A stretch of DNA of 64,000 nucleotides from positions 4,751-68,750 of the forward strand of contig JAETOL010000014.1 in assembly GCA_021771755.1 (NCBI GenBank). Direction: 5' to 3'. Of this stretch, positions 27,465-37,713 are shown one piece after another. Position numbers and translations under genes: made by a program. A model generated the notes under the pieces. That model saw only the letters and a program-made list of their open reading frames with translations, had not been told where the DNA came from and did not search any database. Each line of letters begins with the position of its first letter. Position 1 is the first letter of the stretch. Source of the DNA: Lachnospiraceae bacterium (GTDB taxonomy: Bacteria > Bacillota > Clostridia > Lachnospirales > Lachnospiraceae).

Positions 27465-27990
27465 AAAAATCCTCTCCCTTCTTATGATATACAGGGATTC
27501 CGTAGACAACCTCCACCACCGTATCTGCCATCCGGGCAAGTCTCCGGTTGATATTTCCCAGTACACACTGGTAATTTTCTGTCTCTCCTTCATAGGAAGC
27601 CGCCTCAGAAAAGATCTCATTTGTTACAATGATCAGATCTCCCGCCTGTTTTTTCAGGCCTTCCACTCCCATAAGGATCTCATCCTCTGTTTTTTCTCCG
27701 GCGCCATCCTCCCGAAAGATCTCATTGGCTGCCAGATTGGACATACATTCCAGAAGAACCGTACATCCGGAGGGGACCTCTGTGTTTTTCAGTCCCACAT
27801 AACATTCCACTGTATCAAATCCCTTGCCTGCGCGCATCTCTCTGTGACGCAGGACTCTTTTTTTGCTCTCCTGATCAAACGGGTACATCGTTGCAATATA
27901 AACCCTCTTTTTTTCTCCGCAGGCAAGCACACAGTCTTCCGCAAAAGCAGACTTTCCACTTCCGCTTCCGCCGGTTACAAGAATCATCAT
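27439..27990 (-). CDS. cobU: Bifunctional adenosylcobinamide kinase / adenosylcobinamide-phosphate guanylyltransferase
   Basis: P-loop ILVTGGSGSGKSAFAE and the HR..R region (RHREMR). Confidence 0.85.
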   Translation of the reverse strand: MMILVTGGSGSGKSAFAEDCVLACGEKKRVYIATMYPFDQESKKRVLRHREMRAGKGFDTVECYVGLKNTEVPSGCTVLLECMSNLAANEIFREDGAGEKTEDEILMGVEGLKKQAGDLIIVTNEIFSEAASYEGETENYQCVLGNINRRLARMADTVVEVVYGIPVYHKKGEDFCEKPVEQL

Positions 27991-29043
27991 TTAAACAAGC
28001 TCCTCATACTGCTCTACCTTAATCTCCTCAAAGGTACTCATGGACTCATACACGGCAACTCCCATATCCATAAACGGGAACAGCGCCACTGCTCCGCTTC
28101 CCTCTCCAAGGCACAGATCGCCGTGGATCACCGCCTCTTTCTCAAGGGCTTTCAGGATCAGCGCTGCTGCCGGTTCCTTTGACACATGAGAAGCGATCAT
28201 ATAATCTCTGGTAAGAGGACAGATTCTCTGAGCTACCAGGGCTGCCACACAGGAAATAAATCCATCGATTACCACCGGAATATGCATGGCTGCACCGCCA
28301 AGAAACACACCTGCCATTCCCGCAATATCCAGTCCTCCTACTTTTGCAAGCACATCTACAGGATCCTGAGGATCCGGACAGTTCAGAGCGACTGCTTTTT
28401 TGATGGCTGCTATTTTTCTCTTCAGCCCCTCGCTGGAAAGGCCGGCTCCGCGTCCGGTCATTGCCTCTACCGGCTGATCCAGAAGAACTGACGCTACCGC
28501 GCTGCTGGTGGTAGTGTTTCCGATTCCCATTTCTCCGGTTGCGATCAGTTTATATCCCTGCTCCTTCAGCCGTTTCACCATTTCAATACCGGCTTCCATC
28601 CCCTGCACTGCTTCTTCTCTTGTCATAGCAGGCTCTTTTGCCATATTTCTGGTGCCTTTCATGACCTTCAGATCGCTAGGAACCTTCGTATCAGAAGCCA
28701 TGCCTACATCTACCGGAAACACATCCGTTCCACATTGTCTGCACATAGCACAGGCAGAAGTATCTCCCTGCAGGAAATTCTCTGCAACGATCGCTGTCAC
28801 TTCCTGTCCAGTCTGGGTCACGCCCTCTGCTACCACGCCATTATCCGCACACATCGCCACCAGAGCTCTCTTTTTGATGTCGATGTCCGGAGAACCTGTA
28901 ATCCCCGCGATCTGCATCACAAGCTCTTCCATTTTTCCAAGGGAGTGCAGAGGCTTTGCAATGCTGTCCCATCTCTTCTGCGCTGCCAAAACAGCTTCCT
29001 CACTGATCGGTCTGATCTGTTCCTTTACTTCTTCAAGTGTCAT
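27991..29043 (-). CDS. cobT: Nicotinate-nucleotide--dimethylbenzimidazole phosphoribosyltransferase
   Basis: GEMGIGNTT motif and CobT-wide similarity. ATG 29043 follows AAGGAAGGAAA; the ORF-track start 29103 was rejected. Confidence 0.9.
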   Translation of the reverse strand: MTLEEVKEQIRPISEEAVLAAQKRWDSIAKPLHSLGKMEELVMQIAGITGSPDIDIKKRALVAMCADNGVVAEGVTQTGQEVTAIVAENFLQGDTSACAMCRQCGTDVFPVDVGMASDTKVPSDLKVMKGTRNMAKEPAMTREEAVQGMEAGIEMVKRLKEQGYKLIATGEMGIGNTTTSSAVASVLLDQPVEAMTGRGAGLSSEGLKRKIAAIKKAVALNCPDPQDPVDVLAKVGGLDIAGMAGVFLGGAAMHIPVVIDGFISCVAALVAQRICPLTRDYMIASHVSKEPAAALILKALEKEAVIHGDLCLGEGSGAVALFPFMDMGVAVYESMSTFEEIKVEQYEELV

Positions 29044-29103
29044 TTTTCGTTTCCTTCCTTTCTGTGTTGTATTTGCCGCTGCCCGCTCTGTTTGCAGCCG
29101 CAT

Positions 29104-29523
29104 TTATTTTCCTGTTGTAAAAACAAAAAATTTACTGAATACATAATTTAACGCAAGAACAATGAACTGAGTCGCAAATTTCCCCAGCATATCGTTCATA
29201 TGCAGTACCTCCACCAGAAGCCAGACTCCTCCCACTTCTATGATCATGGTCACAAGACGGGCACTGATAAATTTTATAAAAGGCTGTACATGGTCCTTTA
29301 AGGTTTCACACTTATCCTGAAAAACAAATTTCGAGTTCACCACATATGCAAACAGGATCGCTGTAATGATAGATATGAGATTGGCAACGGTCAGCTGTAC
29401 ATTCAGTTTTCTCAGCACATAAAAACATACCAGATTCACCAGCGTTGTACATCCGCCAAAAAATACATATCTGATCATATCATTTCTGTAAAACCGAAGG
29501 ATCAATTGTTTCATCTTATCCAT
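29104..29523 (-). CDS. GtrA family membrane protein
   Basis: 139 aa, 4 TM segments, and GtrA-like N-terminus (RYVFFGGCTTLVNL). Confidence 0.8.
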   Translation of the reverse strand: MDKMKQLILRFYRNDMIRYVFFGGCTTLVNLVCFYVLRKLNVQLTVANLISIITAILFAYVVNSKFVFQDKCETLKDHVQPFIKFISARLVTMIIEVGGVWLLVEVLHMNDMLGKFATQFIVLALNYVFSKFFVFTTGK

Positions 29524-29613
29524 TTCCTGCTCCTGTATTTTTCTGTTTCTTCCATTTACAAGTCTCTGTATATTTACAAGCCTGAAAATCCTGTATTTTC
29601 ACAGCCGAAAATT

Positions 29614-30573
29614 TCATACAGAATCATGTCGTGCATGTTCCGATACATCCTGACTGCCTCTGATGATCCGGGAAATGATATATCGGGGACGCCGCTTTAT
29701 CTCCTCATAAATCTTGGCAATATAATAGCCAATGATCCCCAGACTCAGCATGATCGCACTTCCTATTAAAAGGAGTACCATCAGGATTGTTGTGTATCCT
29801 TCCACTGCATGACCGGTAAAATACTGGATCAATGAATATATGATCAAAATCAATGACAGAAGAAAGCAGATTCCTCCTCCCACTGTTACAAACTGCAGCG
29901 GAACCGTAGTAAATGCTACAATATTCGTAAATGCATATTTTACAAGAGACCAGGTAGACCATTTCGATTCCCCGGCTTCTCTTTCCTGAACCTCAAACTG
30001 AACAGATGTCGTTTTATATCCCACCCAGGAAGAAGTCGCACGGAAAAACATATTTCTCTCCGGCATGGAAAGAATACTGTCAACTGCCTTTCGGTCCATC
30101 AATTTAAAGTCCGAGGCATTCTGCATATTTACACTTGTGGCTTTTGACATGATCCCGTAAAAAAATCCCGCACATTTTTTGTGGATCAGGCTTTCCTTTC
30201 CTCTGGTTGTTTTAACGCCTTCTATCACCTCGTAGCCCTGCTGCCAGAGGCGATACATTTCCACCAGTGCCTGCGGCGGATGCTGAAGATCACAGTCCAT
30301 CACCGCCACTGCATCACCGGATGCCTGAGCAAGGCCTGCAAAAACAGCTGCTTCTTTTCCGAAATTCCTGGAAAATTCAACGCCCAGAATATGAGGATCC
30401 TCTGCTCCCGCTTTCTGAATCTCTTCCCAGGTCCGATCCCGGGATCCGTCGTTGACCAGTACCAGTTCGTACGCAATCTCCGCTTCTGTCAAAACCTGTT
30501 TCAGAACACGGCAGGTTTTTTTAATCATAAGTTCTTCGTTATACGCAGGAAGAACCACTGATAATAGACTCAT
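29614..30573 (-). CDS. Family 2 glycosyltransferase (polyprenyl-phosphate sugar transferase, GtrB/CsbB-like, with two C-terminal TM segments)
   Basis: LSVVLPAYNEE, NDGSRD and DCDLQHPP motifs with a C-terminal TM pair. The start overlaps the yfhO stop (ATGA). Confidence 0.85.
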   Translation of the reverse strand: MSLLSVVLPAYNEELMIKKTCRVLKQVLTEAEIAYELVLVNDGSRDRTWEEIQKAGAEDPHILGVEFSRNFGKEAAVFAGLAQASGDAVAVMDCDLQHPPQALVEMYRLWQQGYEVIEGVKTTRGKESLIHKKCAGFFYGIMSKATSVNMQNASDFKLMDRKAVDSILSMPERNMFFRATSSWVGYKTTSVQFEVQEREAGESKWSTWSLVKYAFTNIVAFTTVPLQFVTVGGGICFLLSLILIIYSLIQYFTGHAVEGYTTILMVLLLIGSAIMLSLGIIGYYIAKIYEEIKRRPRYIISRIIRGSQDVSEHARHDSV

Positions 30574-33341
30574 ATTTTCTGTACCTTCTTTTTACTTTTT
30601 CTAAAAAATACCAGACAAATGTAACATAACGCTCCTGTTAAAGTCAAGCACAGTCCCGGAATCAAAAACGGGGTACCGTACACCAGTTCAATCTCATGCG
30701 CTCCTTCTTCCAGCATCAGTCCCATATACATGGTATTTGCCTGCAGAATCTCCGTTTCTTTTCCGTCTACATATGCCCGGAATCCTTTGCTGTACGGAAG
30801 AGACAGCACCAAAGCCTTTGGTTCGGATAAAGTTATTTTTCCTGTTATCCCGTTTGTATCTATAGAAACATCTGTAAGAACTTCTTTTTTTAGATTTTCT
30901 GTCTGTTCGTTAATTTTATCCATAGGCTGACATACGATTCGAAGATCGTCAAACGTATAGATTCCCGTCTTTTCAAAAGTAAGTGTAATAGATTTTTTCC
31001 CGTTTTTCCCATACCCTGTATTACATAAAAAATCATGTTTTCCGCTGTATGCATTATATTTATCTGTAAAAATACGGATGGTTTTATCCGGAAACTGTCC
31101 CCCTACTGTAATAGACGCCTTTTGACTTTCTTTCCAGTAACGCCAATGGCTGTCTTCATGTATCACCTTATTTTTTTCATAACGGGACATTTTTTCCCAT
31201 TTTTTATCGCTGACTGTCTCGCGTGGAGAAATCCCATCGTAATCAAGGCCCTCTGCAATCAAATACGTTTCACTGTTTTCCAGACCATCAAAGAGCAGTT
31301 CCATTTCTGCGCCTTCTTTTGTCACTTTGATTTTTCCGTCCTTTAAACTGCAGCCCTTCCCTTTCTTTATCTCGTATGGAATCTCCTGATCCAGAAACTC
31401 CGGTTCTGCCTCAGGCAGCGGACATTCTTCTGCCACGATCCCCTGAAGAAGCGCCTGTTGTTTTTCTGTGACACTCATTTTATCATATTTTTCACGAGAG
31501 ATAAACGCATCATAAGTATAGCCTAGCGGAAGAACATCTTTGTTTTCAAAAGCCTCATAGATCTTTCCATTTTTCTCTGCGCTTCCGGTAAGCCAGTAAT
31601 AGCCATAGGGAAGATAACGATACTCTCCATTTTTTGTCACAAAATATTTCACAGAAGCCAGACGGTCAAGGATCGTTCTTCCATCCAGATTCTCATAATG
31701 CTGCTCCCAGGGCGTGTTCAGATACATTTCGTCAAAAAAGCTTCCAATGCTGCTGCTCGCCACACTAAAATAATAAGCTGTATTGTTCGTCCCCATCTGC
31801 ATGGAGGAATTATCATAAGAAAGCGCGTCCATCTGATCATAGCGAAAAACAGAGTTATCATCTGTATCAAGAACAGCAAGATCTGTGCCAGCCTCCAGCT
31901 TTTCCATCGCCATTCCTCTGTCCGTAAATTCAGAAAGGTAATTTTTTTCGTAGGAATACTGATAATAAATATTAAATACAATACCTGCAGTCAGAAGTAC
32001 ACTGATCATCATACAAAGATTTCTTTTTCTCACAAATATCGATCCATACAAAAGGATTACTGCTGTTGAAAAAACCAGAAGAATCATAGCAGACATATTT
32101 CTCTCTGTCCGAGCAACTTCCGGATACAAAGCCAGGCAGCAATATATCATAAGAAGAAGAAACACTCCTCTTTTTTCTGTTCTGTCCAATTGGGGAAATT
32201 CCGGGTATGTTTTCACAAAAATATAAGCAATCATCATACCATATGCCCAGATCCAACGATTAGACACATAAGAAAAACCATTTAATACATGACCTGCAAA
32301 AGGCAGGAGTAAAAATATATTCAAAAGTACAAAGCCCCATTTCAGGGCTGTATTTTTTTTTCGTTTTGAAAAAAGAACAAAAACACCTGTCATGGCCACT
32401 GCCGTATATCCGGCAACGCCCCACTGGATCATATTTTCACCAATCAGACAAGTCAGATATTTTTCGTAATATATCCTGTCATAAAGTACCGGCACGTAAT
32501 TTTCTGCCTGAAACCGTCCGGTTCCAAATACCGGAAGGATCACCGGAAGAAGAATCACCGCAGCCAAAAGTACCGCAATCACAGAATATCCGGCAAAAAC
32601 AGCCAGCCACTTTCCAATACACCGGATACTTCTCTCCTTTTTTTCCGAAAACACCACAAAATAGTCAAAAGCCGCATAAAGTACCATGAAAATTCCCAAC
32701 ATATAAAAGAAATAAAAATTCGATACTCCGGCAAGTGCTACTGACCAGATAAACACGTACGGCTTTTCTTTTCGATATATTTTGTCTATCCCCAAAAGAA
32801 TCAACGGCAAATAGATCATAGGATTCGCAAAATACGGATGTTTCATAGACGCATAGATGGTCCATCCTGCAAAAATATAAACAAGAGAGCCCAGAAGGGT
32901 GGCCTGTTTGGAATTTTTGTGATAAAAGCAATATCGGCTGAAAGCAATCCCAGCCAGATAAATTCTTAAAAATATCAGGAAAGCATATAAATACTCTGTT
33001 TTTTCTGCCGGAACAAATACGGATAGTAAAGTCAGAGGATCACCGATCACATAATAATGCAAAGTTGTCAGTATATCGGATCCATATCCAATGTGCATAT
33101 CCCACATAGGTATTTCCAGTTTATGTTCTATAAACAACCGGTGCAGGATCTCTCTCAGATAATCCCCATAATATGCCAGTGAATTCAAATGCTGAGGAAC
33201 TCCGTCATGGCTCCATATCAGCGATTTTCCATTCAGAAAAAAGTGCATATAAAGAATCAGCGCAATAGCACCAAATGCCAGAGTATAAATCAAATAATAG
33301 TCTGTTCTTCTTTTGGTAAAACACTTTTTTTTCATTTTCAT
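30570..33341 (-). CDS. YfhO family polytopic membrane glycosyltransferase
   Basis: About 920 aa, with more than 12 N-terminal TM segments, a large extracytoplasmic C-terminal domain and one terminal TM. ATG 33341 follows AGAGGAAA; the ORF-track start 33374 lies inside the nifJ terminator hairpin. Confidence 0.8.
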   Translation of the reverse strand: MKMKKKCFTKRRTDYYLIYTLAFGAIALILYMHFFLNGKSLIWSHDGVPQHLNSLAYYGDYLREILHRLFIEHKLEIPMWDMHIGYGSDILTTLHYYVIGDPLTLLSVFVPAEKTEYLYAFLIFLRIYLAGIAFSRYCFYHKNSKQATLLGSLVYIFAGWTIYASMKHPYFANPMIYLPLILLGIDKIYRKEKPYVFIWSVALAGVSNFYFFYMLGIFMVLYAAFDYFVVFSEKKERSIRCIGKWLAVFAGYSVIAVLLAAVILLPVILPVFGTGRFQAENYVPVLYDRIYYEKYLTCLIGENMIQWGVAGYTAVAMTGVFVLFSKRKKNTALKWGFVLLNIFLLLPFAGHVLNGFSYVSNRWIWAYGMMIAYIFVKTYPEFPQLDRTEKRGVFLLLMIYCCLALYPEVARTERNMSAMILLVFSTAVILLYGSIFVRKRNLCMMISVLLTAGIVFNIYYQYSYEKNYLSEFTDRGMAMEKLEAGTDLAVLDTDDNSVFRYDQMDALSYDNSSMQMGTNNTAYYFSVASSSIGSFFDEMYLNTPWEQHYENLDGRTILDRLASVKYFVTKNGEYRYLPYGYYWLTGSAEKNGKIYEAFENKDVLPLGYTYDAFISREKYDKMSVTEKQQALLQGIVAEECPLPEAEPEFLDQEIPYEIKKGKGCSLKDGKIKVTKEGAEMELLFDGLENSETYLIAEGLDYDGISPRETVSDKKWEKMSRYEKNKVIHEDSHWRYWKESQKASITVGGQFPDKTIRIFTDKYNAYSGKHDFLCNTGYGKNGKKSITLTFEKTGIYTFDDLRIVCQPMDKINEQTENLKKEVLTDVSIDTNGITGKITLSEPKALVLSLPYSKGFRAYVDGKETEILQANTMYMGLMLEEGAHEIELVYGTPFLIPGLCLTLTGALCYICLVFFRKSKKKVQKI

Positions 33342-33354
33342 AATAATATTTCCT

Positions 33355-33389
33355 CTAAAAAAGCCGCGGTACAATAAGTACCGCGGCTC
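33355..33389 (-). terminator. Rho-independent terminator after nifJ
   Basis: On the minus strand: GAGCCGCGGTAC-TTATT-GTACCGCGGCT followed by TTTTTT. Confidence 0.8.
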
Positions 33390-33400
33390 CTGATCTGAAA

Positions 33401-36400
33401 TTATTCTGCATCTGCTCCGTAAAGAGTGATGAGTTTATTCAGATATTCATATCTAGCCTTAGCCTCTGCTTCATTCTTAGCAAACAGTCTTTCAGCCTTT
33501 TCAGGATTCTGACGTTTCAGAGAGTTGTAACGAACCTCGCCGTCAAGGAATGCCTGATAGTCTTCCATATTCGGAGCTTTGGAATCAAGTGTGAACTTGT
33601 TCTCTGCTGCCGGGTTGAAGCGGAAGTTGTGCCAATATCCGCACTTAACTGCCAGTTCTTCCTCGGTCTGAGCCTTGGACATACCCTTCTTGATACCATG
33701 GTTGATACATGGAGCGTATGCAATGATCAGAGACGGTCCCGGATAAGCCTCAGCCTCAGCAATTGCTTTTACAGTCTGGTTGAAGTCAGCGCCCATAGAG
33801 ATCTGTGCTACATATACATAGCCATAGCTCATAGCGATGGAAGCCATATCTTTCTTCTTCACTTCTTTACCGCCTGCAGCGAACTGAGCGATTGCACCTG
33901 TCGGTGTAGACTTGGAGGACTGTCCGCCAGTGTTGGAATAAACCTCTGTATCGAATACCATAACGTTGATGTCACGTCCGCTTGCGAGAACATGGTCAAC
34001 ACCGCCAAATCCGATATCGTAAGCCCATCCGTCACCACCGAAGATCCACTGTGATTTCTTGGACAGATAATCTTTCTGTACAAGGATTTCCTGAGCTGCG
34101 TCACATCCGCATGCTTCCAGAGCTGCTACCAGTTTATCTGTAGCTGTTCCGTTTGTAGCGCCTACAGAGAAGGTATCCAGCCATTCCTGAGCTGCTGCTT
34201 TCACATCTTCTTTATCTGTTGCTGCAGCAAGAGCCTCAACCTTATCTTTCAGACCGTCACGGATTGCTTTCTGTGCAAGAAGCATACCATAACCAAACTC
34301 AGCGTTGTCCTCGAACAGAGAGTTGGACCATGCCGGACCCTGTCCCTTAGCATTTACTGTGTATGGTGTAGACGGTGAAGAGTTACCCCAGATAGAGGAA
34401 CATCCTGTTGCGTTTGCGATGTACATTCTGTCACCAAAGAGCTGAGTGATCAGTTTCGCATATGGTGTCTCACCACATCCTGCACAAGCTCCGGAGAACT
34501 CAAGCAACGGCTGTTTGAACTGGCTTCCCTTAACAGTTGTCTCTTTGAATTTCTCGATTACATCTTCCTTAACCGGAAGCTGTACGCCGTAATCAAAGAA
34601 TTTCTGTGCGCCTGCGTTTGCTTCCATGTTTTCCATAACAAGAGCCTTAGCACCCTTCTTACCAGGACATACATTTGCACAAGAACCGCAGCCTGTACAG
34701 TCATAAGCGGAAACAGTCATTGTAAATTTGTAATCTTTCATACCGGTCATCGGCAGAGTAGCCATACCTTCCGGTGCATTTGCAGCTTCTTCCTCGGTAA
34801 GAGCTACCGGACGGATAACAGCGTGCGGACAAACATATGCACAACGGTTACACTGGATACAGTTTTCTGGCTGCCATACCGGGATATTTACAGCGATACC
34901 ACGTTTTTCGTATGCGGAAGAACCGGATGGTGTAGTACCGTCTACATAATCCTTGAATGCAGATACAGGCAGGGAGTTACCCTCCTGAGCATTTACTTTT
35001 GCCTGGATATTGTTAACGAAATCGATAACGTCTTCTCTTCCCTCTTCTGCATGAGTCATATGAAGGCCTTCGTCCTCAGCATCTTTCCAGCTTTCCGGAA
35101 CCTGGATCTCAACAACCTGTTTTGCACCGGCATCGATAGCTGCCCAGTTCTTCTGAACAACGTCATCACCCTTACGTCCGTAAGTAGCTTTTGCTGCTGC
35201 TTTCATAAGGTCGATTGCCTGCTCCTCAGGAATAATGCCTGTAAGCTTGAAGAATGCAGACTGAAGGATTGTATTGATACGTGTCGGTCCCATGCCGGTC
35301 TCAATACCGATCTTAACACCATCGATGGTGTAGAATTTGATATCGTGATTTGCGATGAACGCTTTTACCTGTCCCGGAAGATGTTTCTCAAGTCCTTCCA
35401 TATCCCATGGGCAGTTCAGAAGGAATGTTCCTCCATCTACCAGCTCCTGAACCATGTTGTATTTATTCACATAAGAAGGATTGTGACATGCAACAAAGTT
35501 TGCTTTGTGGATCAGATATGTGGATTTGATCGGTTTTTTACCGAAACGAAGGTGAGACATGGTAACACCGCCGGACTTCTTGGAGTCATAGTCAAAGTAA
35601 GCCTGTGCGTACATATCTGTGTTATCACCGATGATCTTGATGGAGTTCTTGTTTGCACCTACAGTACCGTCAGCGCCAAGACCCCAGAATTTGCAGTTTG
35701 TGGTTCCTTCCGGAGTAGTTACGATCGGAGCGCCTGTTTCCAGGGACAGATTTGTAACATCATCCACAATACCGATTGTAAATTTCTCTTTTGTTGTGTT
35801 CTCAAATACAGCAACGATCTGTGCCGGTGTTGTATCTTTGGAACCAAGGCCGTAACGTCCGGAGAATACCGGAACATCTTTGAATTTAGAATCTCTGAGA
35901 GCTGCTACAACATCAAGGTACAGCGGCTCACCAAGAGCTCCCGGCTCTTTTGTTCTGTCAAGAACTGTGATCTGTTTTGTAGTTGCAGGGAATGCTTCGA
36001 TCAGAGCTTCTGCGCTGAATGGTCTGTAAAGACGAACTTTTACAACGCCGACTTTTTTGCCTGCTGCTGCAAGGTAGTCAATTGTCTCCTCGATAGTATC
36101 GTTTACAGAACCCATAGCTACAACTACATGCTCTGCATCCTCAGCACCATAGTAGTTGAACAGTTTGTAGTTTGTTCCGATCTTCTCGTTCACTTTGTCC
36201 ATGTATTCCTGTACAACTGCCGGAAGAGCATCATAGTACGGGTTACATGCTTCTCTCGCCTGGAAGAAGATATCCGGGTTCTGTGCAGAACCTCTCTGGC
36301 ATGGATGGTTCGGGTTCAGAGCATGTTTACGGAACTCTGCGATAGCATCCATATCAGCCATATCTTTCAGATCTTCATAGTCCCATGTCTCGATCTTCTG

Positions 36401-36940
36401 GATCTCATGGGAGGTACGGAATCCGTCAAAGAAGTTGATAAACGGAACTTTTCCCTTGATTGCTGCAAGATGAGCAACCGGTGTCAGGTCCATTACTTCC
36501 TGTACAGAAGATTCACAAAGCATTGCGCATCCTGTCTGGCGGCATGCCATAACATCGGAATGATCTCCGAAGATAGAAAGTGCATGAGAAGCAAGTGCAC
36601 GAGCAGATACGTTGATAACGCCCGGAAGCTGCTCTCCTGCGATCTTATAAAGGTTCGGGATCATCAGAAGAAGACCCTGGGATGCTGTGTAAGTAGTAGT
36701 AAGGGCACCAGCTGCCAGAGATCCGTGAACTGCACCTGCAGCACCTGCCTCAGACTGCATCTCTGTAACCTGTACTTCCTGTCCGAAGATGTTCTTTCTT
36801 CCCTGGGTAGCCCACTCGTCTGTAGCTTCAGCCATAACAGATGAAGGGGTGATCGGGTAAATAGCAGCTACATCAGAATAAGCATATGATGCATGAGCGG
36901 CTGCATGGTTACCATCCATGGTTTTCATCTTTCTTGCCAT
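33401..36940 (-). CDS. nifJ: Pyruvate:ferredoxin (flavodoxin) oxidoreductase
   Basis: 1179 aa. MDGNHAAAHASYAYSDVAAIYPITPSS, the two ferredoxin motifs CIQCNRCAYVCPH / CTGCGSCANVCP, and the TPP domain GGDGWAYDIG. ATG 36940 follows AAGGAGGAAAAG. Confidence 0.95.
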   Translation of the reverse strand: MARKMKTMDGNHAAAHASYAYSDVAAIYPITPSSVMAEATDEWATQGRKNIFGQEVQVTEMQSEAGAAGAVHGSLAAGALTTTYTASQGLLLMIPNLYKIAGEQLPGVINVSARALASHALSIFGDHSDVMACRQTGCAMLCESSVQEVMDLTPVAHLAAIKGKVPFINFFDGFRTSHEIQKIETWDYEDLKDMADMDAIAEFRKHALNPNHPCQRGSAQNPDIFFQAREACNPYYDALPAVVQEYMDKVNEKIGTNYKLFNYYGAEDAEHVVVAMGSVNDTIEETIDYLAAAGKKVGVVKVRLYRPFSAEALIEAFPATTKQITVLDRTKEPGALGEPLYLDVVAALRDSKFKDVPVFSGRYGLGSKDTTPAQIVAVFENTTKEKFTIGIVDDVTNLSLETGAPIVTTPEGTTNCKFWGLGADGTVGANKNSIKIIGDNTDMYAQAYFDYDSKKSGGVTMSHLRFGKKPIKSTYLIHKANFVACHNPSYVNKYNMVQELVDGGTFLLNCPWDMEGLEKHLPGQVKAFIANHDIKFYTIDGVKIGIETGMGPTRINTILQSAFFKLTGIIPEEQAIDLMKAAAKATYGRKGDDVVQKNWAAIDAGAKQVVEIQVPESWKDAEDEGLHMTHAEEGREDVIDFVNNIQAKVNAQEGNSLPVSAFKDYVDGTTPSGSSAYEKRGIAVNIPVWQPENCIQCNRCAYVCPHAVIRPVALTEEEAANAPEGMATLPMTGMKDYKFTMTVSAYDCTGCGSCANVCPGKKGAKALVMENMEANAGAQKFFDYGVQLPVKEDVIEKFKETTVKGSQFKQPLLEFSGACAGCGETPYAKLITQLFGDRMYIANATGCSSIWGNSSPSTPYTVNAKGQGPAWSNSLFEDNAEFGYGMLLAQKAIRDGLKDKVEALAAATDKEDVKAAAQEWLDTFSVGATNGTATDKLVAALEACGCDAAQEILVQKDYLSKKSQWIFGGDGWAYDIGFGGVDHVLASGRDINVMVFDTEVYSNTGGQSSKSTPTGAIAQFAAGGKEVKKKDMASIAMSYGYVYVAQISMGADFNQTVKAIAEAEAYPGPSLIIAYAPCINHGIKKGMSKAQTEEELAVKCGYWHNFRFNPAAENKFTLDSKAPNMEDYQAFLDGEVRYNSLKRQNPEKAERLFAKNEAEAKARYEYLNKLITLYGADAE

Positions 36941-37015
36941 AGTTTTCTTTTCCTCCTTAAAGGTATGATGAAAAATTATTTCTAGACCGTTAAGCGATCT
37001 AAAATTCCGTATTTG

Positions 37016-37045
37016 ATTATACCATATAATAGCTTTATTGTCCAA
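37016..37045 (-). promoter_or_regulatory. Candidate strong promoter of nifJ
   Basis: On the minus strand: TTGGAC - 18 nt - TGgTATAAT (extended -10). Confidence 0.5.
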
Positions 37046-37143
37046 CCGGATTCTGGTTTTTTTTGCATACACAACAAAAGAGAGCGCTGTCCTTTCTGCA
37101 CGGAAATACGCCAGATACCGTTACGCTCTCTTCGTTCATCTTA

Positions 37144-37551
37144 TCATATATCATCAAAAAGTTCCTGGAGTGATTTACGTTTCAGCAGTTTCCAAAGTTC
37201 CTGCTGAATATCCTCCAGTTCTCTGTGCACGATACAGGGCGTCTTATCCCTGTCATCCCTGACACACTGATAATGAGGCTCCATACACTCAATAATCATA
37301 AGTTCCGGGTCAATAGCGGTATACACATCAAACAGTGTGATCTCTCCTGTTTTTTTATTAAGGGAATATCCCCCATGAACTCCTCTGAAGCCTTTTACAA
37401 GCTTTGCCTTCTGAAGCTTCTTCAGTATCTTATAGGCAAAGGGAGCCGTAATCTGTTCTTTTTCGCAGATATCTCCGACACTGAGTCTCTCTTCTCCTGC
37501 CAAAGCACGGATAACCCTCACTGCATAATCACATTCCCTTGTAATCAACAT
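37144..37551 (-). CDS. Rrf2 family transcriptional regulator (three-Cys, probable Fe-S sensing type)
   Basis: MLITRECDYAVRVIRALA winged-helix N-terminus and a C-terminal Cys triad (ECMEPHYQCVRDDRDKTPC). Confidence 0.85.
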   Translation of the reverse strand: MLITRECDYAVRVIRALAGEERLSVGDICEKEQITAPFAYKILKKLQKAKLVKGFRGVHGGYSLNKKTGEITLFDVYTAIDPELMIIECMEPHYQCVRDDRDKTPCIVHRELEDIQQELWKLLKRKSLQELFDDI

Positions 37552-37643
37552 ATCTCTGTCCTCTCTAATGTTTCTTATGTCCTGCCAGTTTTTTTACATA
37601 CAAACTGCATATTTTGTCCGTACCGTTTTCATTTATATGGCAT

Positions 37644-37658
37644 TTGGTATTTTACCAA
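37644..37658. promoter_or_regulatory. Perfect palindrome TTGGTA-ttt-TACCAA at the Rrf2 gene transcription start region (candidate operator)
   Basis: TTGGTATTTTACCAA lies immediately downstream of a minus-strand TTGTAT-17-TATAAT promoter (the -10 is at plus 37664..37669). Confidence 0.35.
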
Positions 37659-37713
37659 CTTTTATTATAACAACAGCATTGTAAAAATACAACATTTTTT
37701 TAAAGAATTTCTA

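Noticed and set aside
29044-29103. Possible cobalamin riboswitch upstream of cobT
   Set aside because: Only 60 nt are available and there is no B12-box-like core. This region is instead discussed as an unusual read-through arrangement.
34823-36844. 673-aa ORF antisense to nifJ. Similar long antisense ORFs: 21394..23490 opposite ygfK, 19189..20796 opposite xdhD, 15529..16746 and 16765..17763 opposite xdhA, 7323..8279 opposite ygeW.
   Set aside because: All are mirror-frame ORFs of highly conserved enzymes, with low-complexity, Cys-rich translations and no family resemblance.
36941-37072. N-terminally extended ORF-track starts: nifJ 37072, leuA 61401, NlpC/P60 45603, cobT 29103, DUF1015 4538, yfhO 33374, arcC 8521, xdhA 17766, rluF 49912
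   Set aside because: In each case the conserved protein N-terminus begins at an internal ATG preceded by a good Shine-Dalgarno sequence. The extensions run through terminators, promoters or the neighbouring gene.
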